IMG/VR virus record: IMGVR_UViG_2756170199_000003
Coordinates: 74,881 to 138,880 of that record
DNA length: 64,000 bases
Source of the DNA: a virus
Lineage: Duplodnaviria > Caudoviricetes
Reading direction: 5' to 3' (one strand)
This document shows, one piece after another, positions 29,676 to 39,689 of this stretch (the first letter of the stretch is position 1; every line of letters begins with the position of its first letter). Under the pieces are notes generated by a model. It did no database searches and was not told the DNA's origin. It saw only the letters and a list, made by a program, of their open reading frames with translations. The position numbers were made by a program, and so were the translations under genes.

Positions 29676-31685
29676 ATGGCAGTGAAACTCCCTTCAAACC
29701 ACGCCGGTGACGAGCCGGGTGCAGACTCGAGCATGGCCCAGGCGTTCAGCCAGGCCCAGCAGACGGAGAGCGAGCGGTTCTCGTCGCAATCCGGAGCCGC
29801 AGAGGCACGCGAACGTCCAGCAGGCACGGGTGGCCACTTTGCATTTTCGAGTTCGACCCATTTCCTCGAGACCGTGCTCCCGGCCAATTCGGAGAGCGAG
29901 GTTCTCACGAAGATCCACGACATGCTCAAGGCGCGGTTCGTATCCTCAAGCCCCGAGCACGAACTCACACTCGTGCCGGTCAATCGCGATGACACCACGC
30001 AGCTCGAATTTTCGGTCATGGTGATCGCGTTGCGCCACAAGTCATGGCCCGAACTTGGTGTCGCCTACTACACCATGATCCTCGAGGGTTCGGCACCTGA
30101 ACTCCCGCCGATCCTGCGCTCCGAAGGCGGCGAAACATTCGATGATCCGCGCTTTCCCAGCGACATGAACACGGCGGCGCTTGACGCCGAGGTCCGCGAG
30201 CGGCTGATGCGCGTCTTTCCGCAGCATCCGCTGTGGAGCGCTGGCGTGGGTGTAGTGCGGCGCGACTTCAACCCGGAAAACAGGGAGCTGGCCCACAGGC
30301 TGGCCAAGCGCGTGAGCGACGCGTGTGTGCTGGAGCTCAAGCGACACCAACCAGGCGGATTCCACGATCTGAACCTGGTCGAAGCCGTCGGCAGCGATAC
30401 GCTGGTCATCCGTCCGACCTTCGGCAACGGGCAGATTTACGACGTCATGGGTCATCCGGTCCGCGGTGATATCGAGATCCTCAGTACGATTCCGGGCAAA
30501 CAGGTTCCTGGTCAGCCGGAGCTGACGATGCGCGACACGGTCGTGTCGGTGGTCCACGGTTTCGTGGATCTCGTCTGGTCGCCTGAAGAACCGCAGATCC
30601 TGCCGTACATGCAAACGCCCGCGGCCGCCGGCGTCAACTCCGCGCTTCGCCGGAAGTACTACCCGCGCTTTGTGATCACAAACTGCGGCGCCGCCCAGGT
30701 GCCGACGCTGGGCGGCCAGTTGCTCTCGATCATGATAGCGACCGCGTGTCTGTCCCCGGGTCTGTGGGTGGAAGCTTTCCGTCCCCCACAAGGTCATGCG
30801 AGCGGCAATGAGGTCAACTGGAGAAATATCGGCGCCCTGAACATCGAGGCGAACCTCGAGAACGACCCGAGCGGCTACGGCACACCGCTGAACAGCATGC
30901 TCGACTCGTTCATCCGCGAGACGGGCCCGAACGGCAGCCCGTTCCGCACGCTCATCGCCAACACCATCCGTGAAAAGCTGGTGGTCTCGATGGACATTGT
31001 CGAATGCGGTATCGAGTCGTATCTGAGCGAAGTGCTCTATCTCGCCGCCGAGGGCAATTCAAGCAACAGCCGGCCGGCCAACATGCAGATCATCCAGTCG
31101 ATGGAAGATCTGACAGACGGCCACTTCCTGCCGATTTACAACCGCCTCTGGCAGCAGGCCAACCCTAAGCTCAGCCTGCGGCCCGAGGACCGGCGTCTGG
31201 TCACCGACGAGTGCAACCGGATTCTCAAGGGAACCCTCGTCTACGGTGGCGAACTGATGTCGACGGACTATGTGGACTACCTCGCGAACCTGAACGTCGC
31301 GGGTCCGAACAATCACGAGGATGTCCTCACATGGTCCGATACCTTCTCGAACGTCGGCATCAAGCTCAACCAGCGCGTGGCCAAGCGCTCGAAGATCACC
31401 AAGGCGATCGCTGGCCCGGCGACCAAGTTCACCGCGGCAGCCCGCCGCGTCACACTTGCGAGCGACGTACTCGCCGCAGGGTTGATGGCGCTCGGCGAGC
31501 TCAAGCTGAACATGGTGTTTCAGTCAGCGGGGCTCGGACGGCCGCAGTACCAGCGTGCGGTCAATCCGTTCCTCGACGCCGCTGCGCTCGATCCGAATGT
31601 CAACGCCGGCTTCTTCGGCAGCGGCTTCGGGACTCCGTCGGCGCAATACGGCAACCGTGCGGGCTTTAACCGCTTCATGTCCTGA
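29676..31685 (+). CDS. chmA: Chimallin, major phage nuclear shell protein (phiKZ gp54 / 201phi2-1 gp105-like)
   Basis: ~670 aa immediately upstream of the nvRNAP beta' gene, the conserved chmA locus. Disordered N-terminal arm, GFVDLVW, YYPRFVIT, W..AFRP, RNIGALN, and a Gly/Phe-rich C-terminal tail. Own promoter motif and strong terminator. Confidence 0.78.
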   Translation: MAVKLPSNHAGDEPGADSSMAQAFSQAQQTESERFSSQSGAAEARERPAGTGGHFAFSSSTHFLETVLPANSESEVLTKIHDMLKARFVSSSPEHELTLVPVNRDDTTQLEFSVMVIALRHKSWPELGVAYYTMILEGSAPELPPILRSEGGETFDDPRFPSDMNTAALDAEVRERLMRVFPQHPLWSAGVGVVRRDFNPENRELAHRLAKRVSDACVLELKRHQPGGFHDLNLVEAVGSDTLVIRPTFGNGQIYDVMGHPVRGDIEILSTIPGKQVPGQPELTMRDTVVSVVHGFVDLVWSPEEPQILPYMQTPAAAGVNSALRRKYYPRFVITNCGAAQVPTLGGQLLSIMIATACLSPGLWVEAFRPPQGHASGNEVNWRNIGALNIEANLENDPSGYGTPLNSMLDSFIRETGPNGSPFRTLIANTIREKLVVSMDIVECGIESYLSEVLYLAAEGNSSNSRPANMQIIQSMEDLTDGHFLPIYNRLWQQANPKLSLRPEDRRLVTDECNRILKGTLVYGGELMSTDYVDYLANLNVAGPNNHEDVLTWSDTFSNVGIKLNQRVAKRSKITKAIAGPATKFTAAARRVTLASDVLAAGLMALGELKLNMVFQSAGLGRPQYQRAVNPFLDAAALDPNVNAGFFGSGFGTPSAQYGNRAGFNRFMS

Positions 31686-31695
31686 TGTTCTTCAG

Positions 31696-31732
31696 GCCCG
31701 GCAGGGGAAGTTTCCCTGCCGGCTTTTTTTTC
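31696..31732 (+). terminator. Rho-independent terminator after chmA
   Basis: CCGGCAGGGGA-agt-TTCCCTGCCGG followed by T8. Confidence 0.8.
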
Positions 31733-31837
31733 CGCGCAGGTATTTGAGCCTGTACGGCCTGTGCATAGGTTTTTATTGAACCGGGTAATCCAGTGCAGGT
31801 ACCCCCTTCATGCGCACCACCCGCACGGAGAAAGAAA

Positions 31838-33343
31838 ATGGGAATCAGCCTTCGCCCGATCGACCACGACCAGGTCTTCCATTACCGCACGTCCCGGGAA
31901 CCCATCATCGTCAACGATCTTCCCGACACCACAACCGAAGAAAAGAAATATGTCGATAACCTCATCTTCACGCGCTACGATCTCATCCACTCCGACCTGC
32001 TGTCGAACATCCCCTCGTGTGCCTGCGGCAATACGCTCGGGGTAGACAAGCTCGGCAACGGTCACGACATTCGCGCGGTCGTCTGCCCGGACTGCCACAC
32101 CGAAGTCACCGCGCCGTATCAGGGCGATCTCGAACCGCTCATCTGGATGCGCGCGCCCAAAGGTGTGAAGGCGCTCATCAAGCCGCGCATGCTGACGATG
32201 CTCAGCGAGCATTTCCAGAAAAACAGCTTCGACGTGATCCGCTGGATCTGCGATCGGACGTACAAGGCGCCCGTAAAGGAGCCGCCGGTCATGGAGGCGG
32301 TCCGCGCCTCAGGCCTGCCCCGCGGTTACAACCATTTCGTCGAGAACTTCGACGCCATCATGGCGTTCCTGTTCAACCTGAAGCTCTATCCAAAGAAGGA
32401 ACTTGCGCCGCTCAGGGAATTCATCACGCGGTACCGAAACGTCATCTTCTCCCAGTATCTGCCGCTACCGAACCGGTCGCTGCTGGTGCTTGAGGAAACG
32501 AACCACGCGGCTTACACCGATTGCACCGCGCCGATTGCAATCGACGCGATCCGCATGATGGTCGGGATCGATTCGCCGGCGGCGGTGTATTCCGACATCG
32601 TGCGTGAAAACCGCACGATCCGCATGCTCTTCCAGACGGCCGGCTATTACGACATCACATTGCGGGAGTTTCTCGCGTCCAAGTCGGGCGTGTTCCGCAA
32701 GAACGTGTTCGGCACGCGCTGCCACTTCGCTTTCCGTGCGGTCATCAGTTCGAACACAGGCCCTCACGACTACTCCGAGGTGCATATTCCGTGGAGTGTC
32801 GGGGTCGTGGTGTTCGAGTTGCATCTGAAGAACTTCCTGATGCGCGAAGGCATGACGCCGTGGGAAGCGGAAACGTACCTGAACGCACACGTCAACCAGT
32901 ACAGCGAGAAGCTCGATGCGTATTTCAAACGCCTGATCGAAGAGTCGCCCTGGCCTGGGATACCGGTGACCGTGCAGCGAAATCCGAGCCTGCATCGTGC
33001 CAGTATCCAGCTGCTGTTCATCACGCGCGTCACCCGCGACGTCGCGCAGCCGACAGTCGTATTCAGCATTCTCGACGTCACCGGGCCCAACGCGGACTAC
33101 GACGGCGACATGATGAATCTCGTGCTCCCCATCGATCACGTCCTAACCCGCGAGCTTTATCCCCTCATGCCGCACCAGAGCGCATTCAGCATGAACGAGC
33201 CGCGTGCACTTTCGAAGAATCTCTCGATGCCAAAGACCGTCGTGCTGACGATCAGCAACTGGATGCACTGGCCAGAGTCGGAGCTGGACGCACCCGACCC
33301 CGCAGTATTGCAACGCATGGCGCTCATCCCCGAGGCGGCATGA
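31838..33343 (+). CDS. Non-virion RNA polymerase beta' N-terminal/catalytic subunit (phiKZ gp55-like)
   Basis: Zn-finger C.CG...C..C, KSGVFRKNVFGTR, RAVISS, QRNPSL, catalytic NADYDGD. Confidence 0.93.
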   Translation: MGISLRPIDHDQVFHYRTSREPIIVNDLPDTTTEEKKYVDNLIFTRYDLIHSDLLSNIPSCACGNTLGVDKLGNGHDIRAVVCPDCHTEVTAPYQGDLEPLIWMRAPKGVKALIKPRMLTMLSEHFQKNSFDVIRWICDRTYKAPVKEPPVMEAVRASGLPRGYNHFVENFDAIMAFLFNLKLYPKKELAPLREFITRYRNVIFSQYLPLPNRSLLVLEETNHAAYTDCTAPIAIDAIRMMVGIDSPAAVYSDIVRENRTIRMLFQTAGYYDITLREFLASKSGVFRKNVFGTRCHFAFRAVISSNTGPHDYSEVHIPWSVGVVVFELHLKNFLMREGMTPWEAETYLNAHVNQYSEKLDAYFKRLIEESPWPGIPVTVQRNPSLHRASIQLLFITRVTRDVAQPTVVFSILDVTGPNADYDGDMMNLVLPIDHVLTRELYPLMPHQSAFSMNEPRALSKNLSMPKTVVLTISNWMHWPESELDAPDPAVLQRMALIPEAA

Positions 33344-33402
33344 GCATAACTGAATCAACCAGGATGAATGAACATGTCTGAACGTAATGTGAGGAGGCGG
33401 CC

Positions 33403-34026
33403 ATGATGCTAACCGCAAGCGGCGACAACGAATTCGACGCGCTCGTTTATGGCGCCCGCAAACATCCGGGCACGATCGCCTACCTGCAGAAGCAGCTGGA
33501 ACCCTTTCGGAGTGCAGGCGGATTGACCGAGTTCGGAAGGCAGTTCGCCGATACCGCTCGCAGTCTCTACGAATCGTTCAACGGATCCGAAGCCATGCGC
33601 CTCGCACGTGCTGCTGTACGTCGCGCAGGTGCGCTCTACATGAGCGACACGATCCAGTCGATCTGGGAACTCGGCCGTCTGCAGAACGCCCCCGTGGCGA
33701 TGCAGCGCTGGATCATGGCGGAGCCTGAAACCCGCAGGCTCTATCAAGAGCAACGCTGTGATGGCTTTTCCGACACTTATATCGACGTCGAGCCTGGTGC
33801 GATCGGCGAAGAGCATTACGACTGGCGCCGCATCCACGACGGCATGGCACAGAAAACTGCCGACGGCAAGCTCGTCTTCGAACAGTACTGGGAGCCCCTG
33901 AAGGAGGGCGATCGCCATCTCGAACTCGACGAGCAGAGCGACATCATCGCTACGCACTCGTTTGCCAACGCGCATGCGCTTGCTGGCAGGGAAGATCACA
34001 CCAGCAATGAGGGCGGCATGCTATAG
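33403..34026 (+). CDS. Conserved phiKZ-like protein (gp59-like by synteny)
   Basis: GGAGG RBS. MQRWIMAEP, DGFSDTY and HYDWRRI.DG motifs. Confidence 0.6.
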   Translation: MMLTASGDNEFDALVYGARKHPGTIAYLQKQLEPFRSAGGLTEFGRQFADTARSLYESFNGSEAMRLARAAVRRAGALYMSDTIQSIWELGRLQNAPVAMQRWIMAEPETRRLYQEQRCDGFSDTYIDVEPGAIGEEHYDWRRIHDGMAQKTADGKLVFEQYWEPLKEGDRHLELDEQSDIIATHSFANAHALAGREDHTSNEGGML

Positions 34027-34128
34027 CCGCATTTTCATTATCCGGAAGGGCGTGCCTGTCCTTCCGGATCCGCACGTTCTTCCTTTTTTTCTCGCGCGCC
34101 CTATTCCGACTCATGCGCAAGACAGACC

Positions 34129-34136
34129 TATATCAC
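34129..34136 (+). promoter_or_regulatory. TATATCAC putative early promoter
   Basis: Follows a hairpin/T-tract at ~34040-34090 and precedes ATG 34196. Confidence 0.55.
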
Positions 34137-34195
34137 CTCTGTGGAAGCCGGAAAAGCCTCCGGCAACTCCATCATATCGGAGCGACAGACGCAAG

Positions 34196-34754
34196 ATGGC
34201 CCCATTCGCAAACGACGATACAACGCTGACCGTTGCGGTCAGGACGACGTCGAGTGTTTTACACGTACTGCGCGCAAGTGATACAGAAACCTTCGTGCTT
34301 CCGGCTTTCATCCGTGACGATGAAGCCGTCGCCATTTTCCACACCATCGAAGATCACGCCCCATTCTGCGAAATCGCGTTCAGGTAGCGCGTTATGCCCG
34401 TGCGGGCATTACACCGTCACCGGAGAAAATTTGAAATTCACTGAAATCCAAACGTTTGACGATCTTGCACACTGGTCCGTCCGGTGGGCAAACGATGAAG
34501 CAGCAATGCACAAGTTCGAGAAGTGTATGGCCCATCTGTGCCGACAACTCGAATCCTGTGGTGGTCTGGAGCGCGTGGTGTTCAGCGCGACTATCGGTGA
34601 GCTGTTTGCCGACACCGGTGAATCGATACACGCGTACTTCTTCGAATTTAACGACCTGATCTACAGCTTCCCTTACCACCTGCAGACCGGGAGATTTTAC
34701 GACGCGCGTTATATCTCGCCCGACGTTCCGGGCATGAACAGACTGATCCAGTAA
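34196..34754 (+). pseudogene. Possible frameshifted hypothetical gene (34196-34387 plus 34233-34754 frames)
   Basis: A short ORF with GGAG RBS stops at 34387. A protein-like frame continues to 34754 without its own obvious RBS or start. Confidence 0.3.
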
Positions 34755-34805
34755 GCCGGCTCGCCCGGATTTGTTCGATTGGTCCGGTTATGAGGGGCGT
34801 CCATC

Positions 34806-35264
34806 ATGACCACACCCGCTCCGACACTCTCAACCGCCGGCTGGATCGTCTCGGCCCAGCAGAAGGCGGACCGACTGATGGCCTGGCTTTACGCGACTCA
34901 GGCCAACCAGTCCTACATCTTCAATGGCAATGTGACGAGCCTGCAGTATCTGATCGCGCAGAACACGGGCAATATCCCGGCGACCTGCTCAGCCTTGCAG
35001 AACGCGCTGACCCAATTTTTTTCCCGCTACTACGACCTTGCCCGCGTGCAGGTCGCAAGCGACGACGTGCTCAATGGGAACCAGAGCAGCCTCATCACGC
35101 TGTATGTGTACGCAGAGCTCACCGAGGATGGCGTCGTCTACCCCCTGACCGGCCTCATTGAGCTCTCCAGCTCGAAACTGCTGCGCGTGATCGCGCTGAA
35201 CAACAGCGGCGCATCTGGCACGCAGGTGGCCGTGCAGCACGTCCTTCAGGACATCACTTCATGA
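34806..35264 (+). CDS. phiKZ-like virion protein (possible baseplate wedge-like)
   Basis: PTLST.GW...KAD.L and QS..F.G.VTSL.YLI motifs. GAGG RBS preceded by TATG. Confidence 0.55.
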   Translation: MTTPAPTLSTAGWIVSAQQKADRLMAWLYATQANQSYIFNGNVTSLQYLIAQNTGNIPATCSALQNALTQFFSRYYDLARVQVASDDVLNGNQSSLITLYVYAELTEDGVVYPLTGLIELSSSKLLRVIALNNSGASGTQVAVQHVLQDITS

Positions 35265-35977
35265 ATACCGAGAACACCGAACCGGCTGACGGACCTCCGA
35301 GCTATGGCGACCCACATCGCGTGATTGGCGCAGACGGCTGCGACGCGCAGCTGCGTGCCGAGGCGCCCATACCCGGTTGGGTCGAAAGTTTCGGGCGGCA
35401 CATCGAGCGCGCAATTTTTGGCGGGCTGATGCAACAGCAGCACGAATATCTGGAGCATCGGCGCTTGCCTCACACCGTGCGCACCTGGGAAATCAGGACC
35501 ACGCCCTGGCTGCTCGAGGACGGCTACATTCTCGTATTGACCGAGTTCCCGATCGCGACCGAAACGTGCTGCGTGGTGGCGTTCACACCGGTCTACGCCG
35601 ACGGGCGTACGGCAATGGAACGCAGCACGGCTGACGATGCCATTGAACTGAATGTCATTGACTTCGAGGTTTTCGTCTATCAGGAACGGGGACGCACCGC
35701 ATTCGAAAATGCCCGCATGATCCTGCACCCGCATTACATCGCGGAGCTGAAGCGTCAGGCGTTCGCCCTAAGACTTCAGTACATCCAGTTCTTCTACTTC
35801 ACCCAGCTCGTACCGAAAGTGCGCGAAGCCTTCGAGGATCCGCATGGTCATCTGGAATCATTTCTCAACCGCATGCGGCAGACAGTTTCCCAACAACACG
35901 CCACTTCACCGCCGTCAACCGCGAACCATGATGACTCAACAGGTGGCCCGACTTTCATCGATCAGGATTCCACGTGA
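35261..35977 (+). CDS. Hypothetical phage protein
   Basis: 238 aa, ATGA-coupled. Confidence 0.55.
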   Translation: MNTENTEPADGPPSYGDPHRVIGADGCDAQLRAEAPIPGWVESFGRHIERAIFGGLMQQQHEYLEHRRLPHTVRTWEIRTTPWLLEDGYILVLTEFPIATETCCVVAFTPVYADGRTAMERSTADDAIELNVIDFEVFVYQERGRTAFENARMILHPHYIAELKRQAFALRLQYIQFFYFTQLVPKVREAFEDPHGHLESFLNRMRQTVSQQHATSPPSTANHDDSTGGPTFIDQDST

Positions 35978-36612
35978 AACCAACTTCAGAAGTTCCTTCA
36001 ACTGAAGCGCGCGTTGCACCAGCTGCTACGCATCCGGGCAATTTCATCTGCAGCGTGGCGCAGTCCCTGTGTGAAATTTCCGCCGAGGATGTCGCAAAAC
36101 TTCCCGAAGACCAGTTCGTCAACGTTTTCCTGCCGCTGCTCGCAGGCGATACCGAACTACCTTATCCCGCGACGATCGCCGACTGGATATCGATCGCTGG
36201 CAGCCCTTACAAGTGCGTCGATGTATTTGATAATTCAACGGGTGAAATCCTGTTTCGCGTGCCGCCCTTTTTCGATTATCACGGCGTAAATCCTGTCAGG
36301 GACATTAGCAAACGCGGCGGCGTAGACAGACCCGCCCAGCCCGCTTTTACCGACATCATCGCAACCGCCGCGAATCTCGCCGGTCTTCACGCCAATCAGG
36401 CGCGGGCCTTCGTCGAGCAGTCGTTGCGCTCGCGCGCGCATCTCATGAACAGCAACGTCCTGCTCGCGCGCCATGTCCTGCAGTTCAACGCCATCCTCAA
36501 ACGCTACGGGCGCAAACCGCTGTTTGCCGAATCGGAACAGGCGGCCATTGCTGCACGGGACGCGACAGCGCGCGATTGCCACGCAGCACCCGACGTATAT
36601 GAGGACTTCTGA
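35974..36612 (+). CDS. Conserved phiKZ-like hypothetical protein
   Basis: E..FVNVFLP, W..IAG.PY..VDV and LF.VPP motifs. Precedes sbcD-like gene. Confidence 0.6.
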   Translation: MKPTSEVPSTEARVAPAATHPGNFICSVAQSLCEISAEDVAKLPEDQFVNVFLPLLAGDTELPYPATIADWISIAGSPYKCVDVFDNSTGEILFRVPPFFDYHGVNPVRDISKRGGVDRPAQPAFTDIIATAANLAGLHANQARAFVEQSLRSRAHLMNSNVLLARHVLQFNAILKRYGRKPLFAESEQAAIAARDATARDCHAAPDVYEDF

Positions 36613-37714
36613 TATCCACGTCGCTGTTCTCAGCGATATCCATCTCGGCAACCGACGCACACCTACCCGAGACATCATCCGCAATCTCGACGCCGCCTTC
36701 CCTGATAACGGGGAAACCGCCCAGCTTGATCTGATCTGTCTGGCAGGCGATGTCTTCCATACGCTCTTCACGCTCAACGATCACGACGTTCTGGAAATCG
36801 ACTTCTGGATCTGCCGGCTCCTCACCCTTTGCAAGAAACACGACATCATCCTTTACGTGGTTGAGGGAACCCGCAGTCACGACTGGGAACAACTCGCGCG
36901 TTTCGACGCGATTAACCAGTTCGCTGGCATTGGCGCGAAGCTCCGGTACGTGAACCAGATCAGCCTCGAGTACGAACCTTCGCTCGACATCTGGGTGGGC
37001 TGCGTGCCGGACGAGAGCGCACCGACCACTGATCAGGCGCTGGAACGCTTCATGCAGCTCATGAAGGCAAAGGGAATTGTTCAGGTCGACCTGATGTTCA
37101 TGCACGGCAGCTTCGATTTTCAGGTTCCGGCTGTCTCACGCACACAGAAGCACGACTCGAAAGCATGGCTGGCCATTACGCGGTATCTGGTGTTTGTGGG
37201 CCATGAACATATCCATTCAAGCTTCGAGCGCATCTACGCCCAAGGGTCGTTCGACCGGATTGCCCACGGCGAGGAAGGACCGAAAGGGCATCTTCGTGCC
37301 ATCCTGCATCACAACGGCGAATACGAAATCACTTTCGTCGAGAACACCGGTGCGCGACGGTACATCACGATCGCCTGCACTGATCTCGGTGTGGAAGACG
37401 CGTTGCGAACAATCGATGCCCGTCTGCGCGAGCTGCCCGAGCATTCCGCCGTGCGTATCGAGGCGAATCACGACCATCCGCTGCTCGCCGACATGGATGC
37501 ACTCGTGCGCCTCTACCCGTTTTTCAGCTGGAGCAAAAATCCGCTGCATGCGGAGAACGAAGCGCTCACGACATACGACGAGGACGATGTTTTCGAACCC
37601 ATCACGATTCACGCCGGCAATATCCTGCAGCTCGTAAGCGAACGCATGATCGCCGCGGGCGTCTCCCCCACTGTGCTCTCACTCGCACAGCAAAAAATCC
37701 AGGAATGCATGTGA
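36599..37714 (+). CDS. SbcD/Mre11-like metallophosphoesterase nuclease
   Basis: SDIHLG, AGDVF, EGTRSHD, MHG, GHEH and GSFDR motifs. Confidence 0.88.
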   Translation: MRTSDIHVAVLSDIHLGNRRTPTRDIIRNLDAAFPDNGETAQLDLICLAGDVFHTLFTLNDHDVLEIDFWICRLLTLCKKHDIILYVVEGTRSHDWEQLARFDAINQFAGIGAKLRYVNQISLEYEPSLDIWVGCVPDESAPTTDQALERFMQLMKAKGIVQVDLMFMHGSFDFQVPAVSRTQKHDSKAWLAITRYLVFVGHEHIHSSFERIYAQGSFDRIAHGEEGPKGHLRAILHHNGEYEITFVENTGARRYITIACTDLGVEDALRTIDARLRELPEHSAVRIEANHDHPLLADMDALVRLYPFFSWSKNPLHAENEALTTYDEDDVFEPITIHAGNILQLVSERMIAAGVSPTVLSLAQQKIQECM

Positions 37715-38712
37715 TGGCTACCTCCCCTGGGCTCGCTGCACGAGCCGTGGGTGCCTTTCCGCTTTCGATCGGCACCTCGCTTGCGCTCGAAGGCGCGCTG
37801 GGCATCTATCCCGAGCGCGCCGAATCCCCCGCACCCATTCTTCGCTACGACGAACTCTGGTGCAATCTGAAGACGCTTTTTCGAAACTGCATCGGCGCAC
37901 TCGACCGCACGAGCGCCGCGACCGTGCTTCCGAACGAGGTGGCATGGACACTGCAGGAGGAAGCGAGCCAGATCGTGAATCTTGTCACCGAGACTACGCG
38001 TAGCCGCGTGCAGACCGTGTTTTACGTGAGCAACTATTCGGGACTCGCAGCACGATACCCACACGCGACATTGCGCGCGGACACAACCACCCGGCAGAAG
38101 CAGTATGCGGCCATCCAGAAAGCCACGATTGAACACCTGCTCAAATCGCGCCGAAAGCCTGCGCACAAACACGATGGCGACAGCCAGGATGCGCCTGACG
38201 ACCTGCGCGGCCCACCGCAGGAATCCGCCGATCGCTTTGCGGTTTTTGATCTGAAGCTCTCGCCTGTCACCACAACAAACAGCCAGACAGACAACCCTTC
38301 GAGCAACGCCCAAGGCATATCCTCCCGCAAGCTCCCCGACCGACCTCCCCCGCGTGTACTGCTACTCACCCACTATCCGTACGACCTCTTTTCATCAAGG
38401 CGCTTCAGGAGCATGACGCTGCTGGAGTCGCATACCGGGCGCCTGAAGGAGAAAGCGCTCTGGCACACGAAGTATCACGAAGGCCGCTCACTCGCGATGA
38501 TCCCGTTTCGCGAGGACCTCATCCAGGTATTCGGTGACAGCGAGCTGTTTGCACCCATGCGCATTGATCTGCGACGCGAACTCATCGAGGTCGCACAGAA
38601 AATGCAGTGGAACCCCACGACGACCTACGAGCGCATTGCGCTCGGCGTGGACTTCATCAGGAACCCGTACGCACGGGAGGTCCTGAAGAAAATCATCTCA
38701 AGCCGCTATTAG
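37705..38712 (+). CDS. Conserved phiKZ-like protein (gp66-like)
   Basis: G.FPLSIGTSLALE, NLKTLFRN, THYPYDL, LLESHTG and VFGD motifs. Synteny. Confidence 0.6.
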   Translation: MHVMATSPGLAARAVGAFPLSIGTSLALEGALGIYPERAESPAPILRYDELWCNLKTLFRNCIGALDRTSAATVLPNEVAWTLQEEASQIVNLVTETTRSRVQTVFYVSNYSGLAARYPHATLRADTTTRQKQYAAIQKATIEHLLKSRRKPAHKHDGDSQDAPDDLRGPPQESADRFAVFDLKLSPVTTTNSQTDNPSSNAQGISSRKLPDRPPPRVLLLTHYPYDLFSSRRFRSMTLLESHTGRLKEKALWHTKYHEGRSLAMIPFREDLIQVFGDSELFAPMRIDLRRELIEVAQKMQWNPTTTYERIALGVDFIRNPYAREVLKKIISSRY

Positions 38713-38825
38713 CCGCTCTGGCACGCACGAGCCAGGAGGCACCTGTTGTACCAATCCAGTTTTTATTGGCCACGGCCATGTTGTGTCGCGAGTGGCGTGG
38801 CTATTCAACCGTAAAGGAACCAACG

Positions 38826-39506
38826 ATGTCAGAGTCCCGCAAGGAACGCAGCAAGACCATACTCGACTCCCGCCGCATGATGCTATCTGCACCGCTTGAT
38901 AAAGGAAAAGGTGGTGCGGGCGGGAAAAAGATCTGGTCGACGCTGCGCGTAGATGTGTTCTCCAATATGCCATGGATCACCGTCTACACCAATGATCCCG
39001 ACGATCAGAAAAATGACGACGGGCGCATCAAGGCACGAATTTCGCCACTGGAGTTTGCAGCGATGCTTCTCGATCTGGAGAACATGATCGGGGAGTCCGC
39101 TGGCGAGGACAAGGAACGTGCGCTTGTCAATTTCGATCCCGATTCTCCACGAGGTGAGGAGCGCCAGAAACAGTCCGCATTCCGTTATGGAAAGAACAAG
39201 AACGGCATCGTCTGGGTAGGGCTGTACATGCCCAAACGACCGTTCATCCGTTTCGAATTCCGGTTCAGCCAGTTTCACGCACTCCAGCACAAAGGCGGCG
39301 AGCAGTTCAGCGAAGCCGAAGCCTCGCAGCTTTTCGCACGGGGCTGGGTGCAGCTCGTCAGGCAATACGTTGTCGATCTGATGAGAACGGGATATGAACA
39401 CTGGCAACCCGATAACGATTCGGGTGCAAAGAAAAACAGGGGCGGGAGTTCATCTTCGTCGCGCAACAGCTATCCTGAAATGGAGGATGACGACATTCCC
39501 ATGTGA
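38826..39506 (+). CDS. Probable ChmC-like nucleic-acid-binding protein (phiKZ gp67 position)
   Basis: AAGGA RBS. Sits directly before the gp68-like subunit. Gly/Ser-rich disordered tail ending in acidic EDDDIPM. Confidence 0.55.
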   Translation: MSESRKERSKTILDSRRMMLSAPLDKGKGGAGGKKIWSTLRVDVFSNMPWITVYTNDPDDQKNDDGRIKARISPLEFAAMLLDLENMIGESAGEDKERALVNFDPDSPRGEERQKQSAFRYGKNKNGIVWVGLYMPKRPFIRFEFRFSQFHALQHKGGEQFSEAEASQLFARGWVQLVRQYVVDLMRTGYEHWQPDNDSGAKKNRGGSSSSSRNSYPEMEDDDIPM

Positions 39507-39644
39507 GCGCTCCAGCTCACTGTTCGTGATTCCGTTTCGACCCGGAGACATTTCCTTACGAACTGTACGCGAGGCAGCCAGACCTGGCTGCCCGCTTTCT
39601 TTCCCCAATGAAACGACACCAGGAATCCAAAGGAGATTGAGCGA

Positions 39645-39652
39645 TATATCAC
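39645..39652 (+). promoter_or_regulatory. TATATCAC putative early promoter
   Basis: About 40 nt before GGAGG-ATG 39690. Confidence 0.65.
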
Positions 39653-39689
39653 TGTCCTGCTGAATTGCCAGGCGCTTTTCTGGAGGGAC

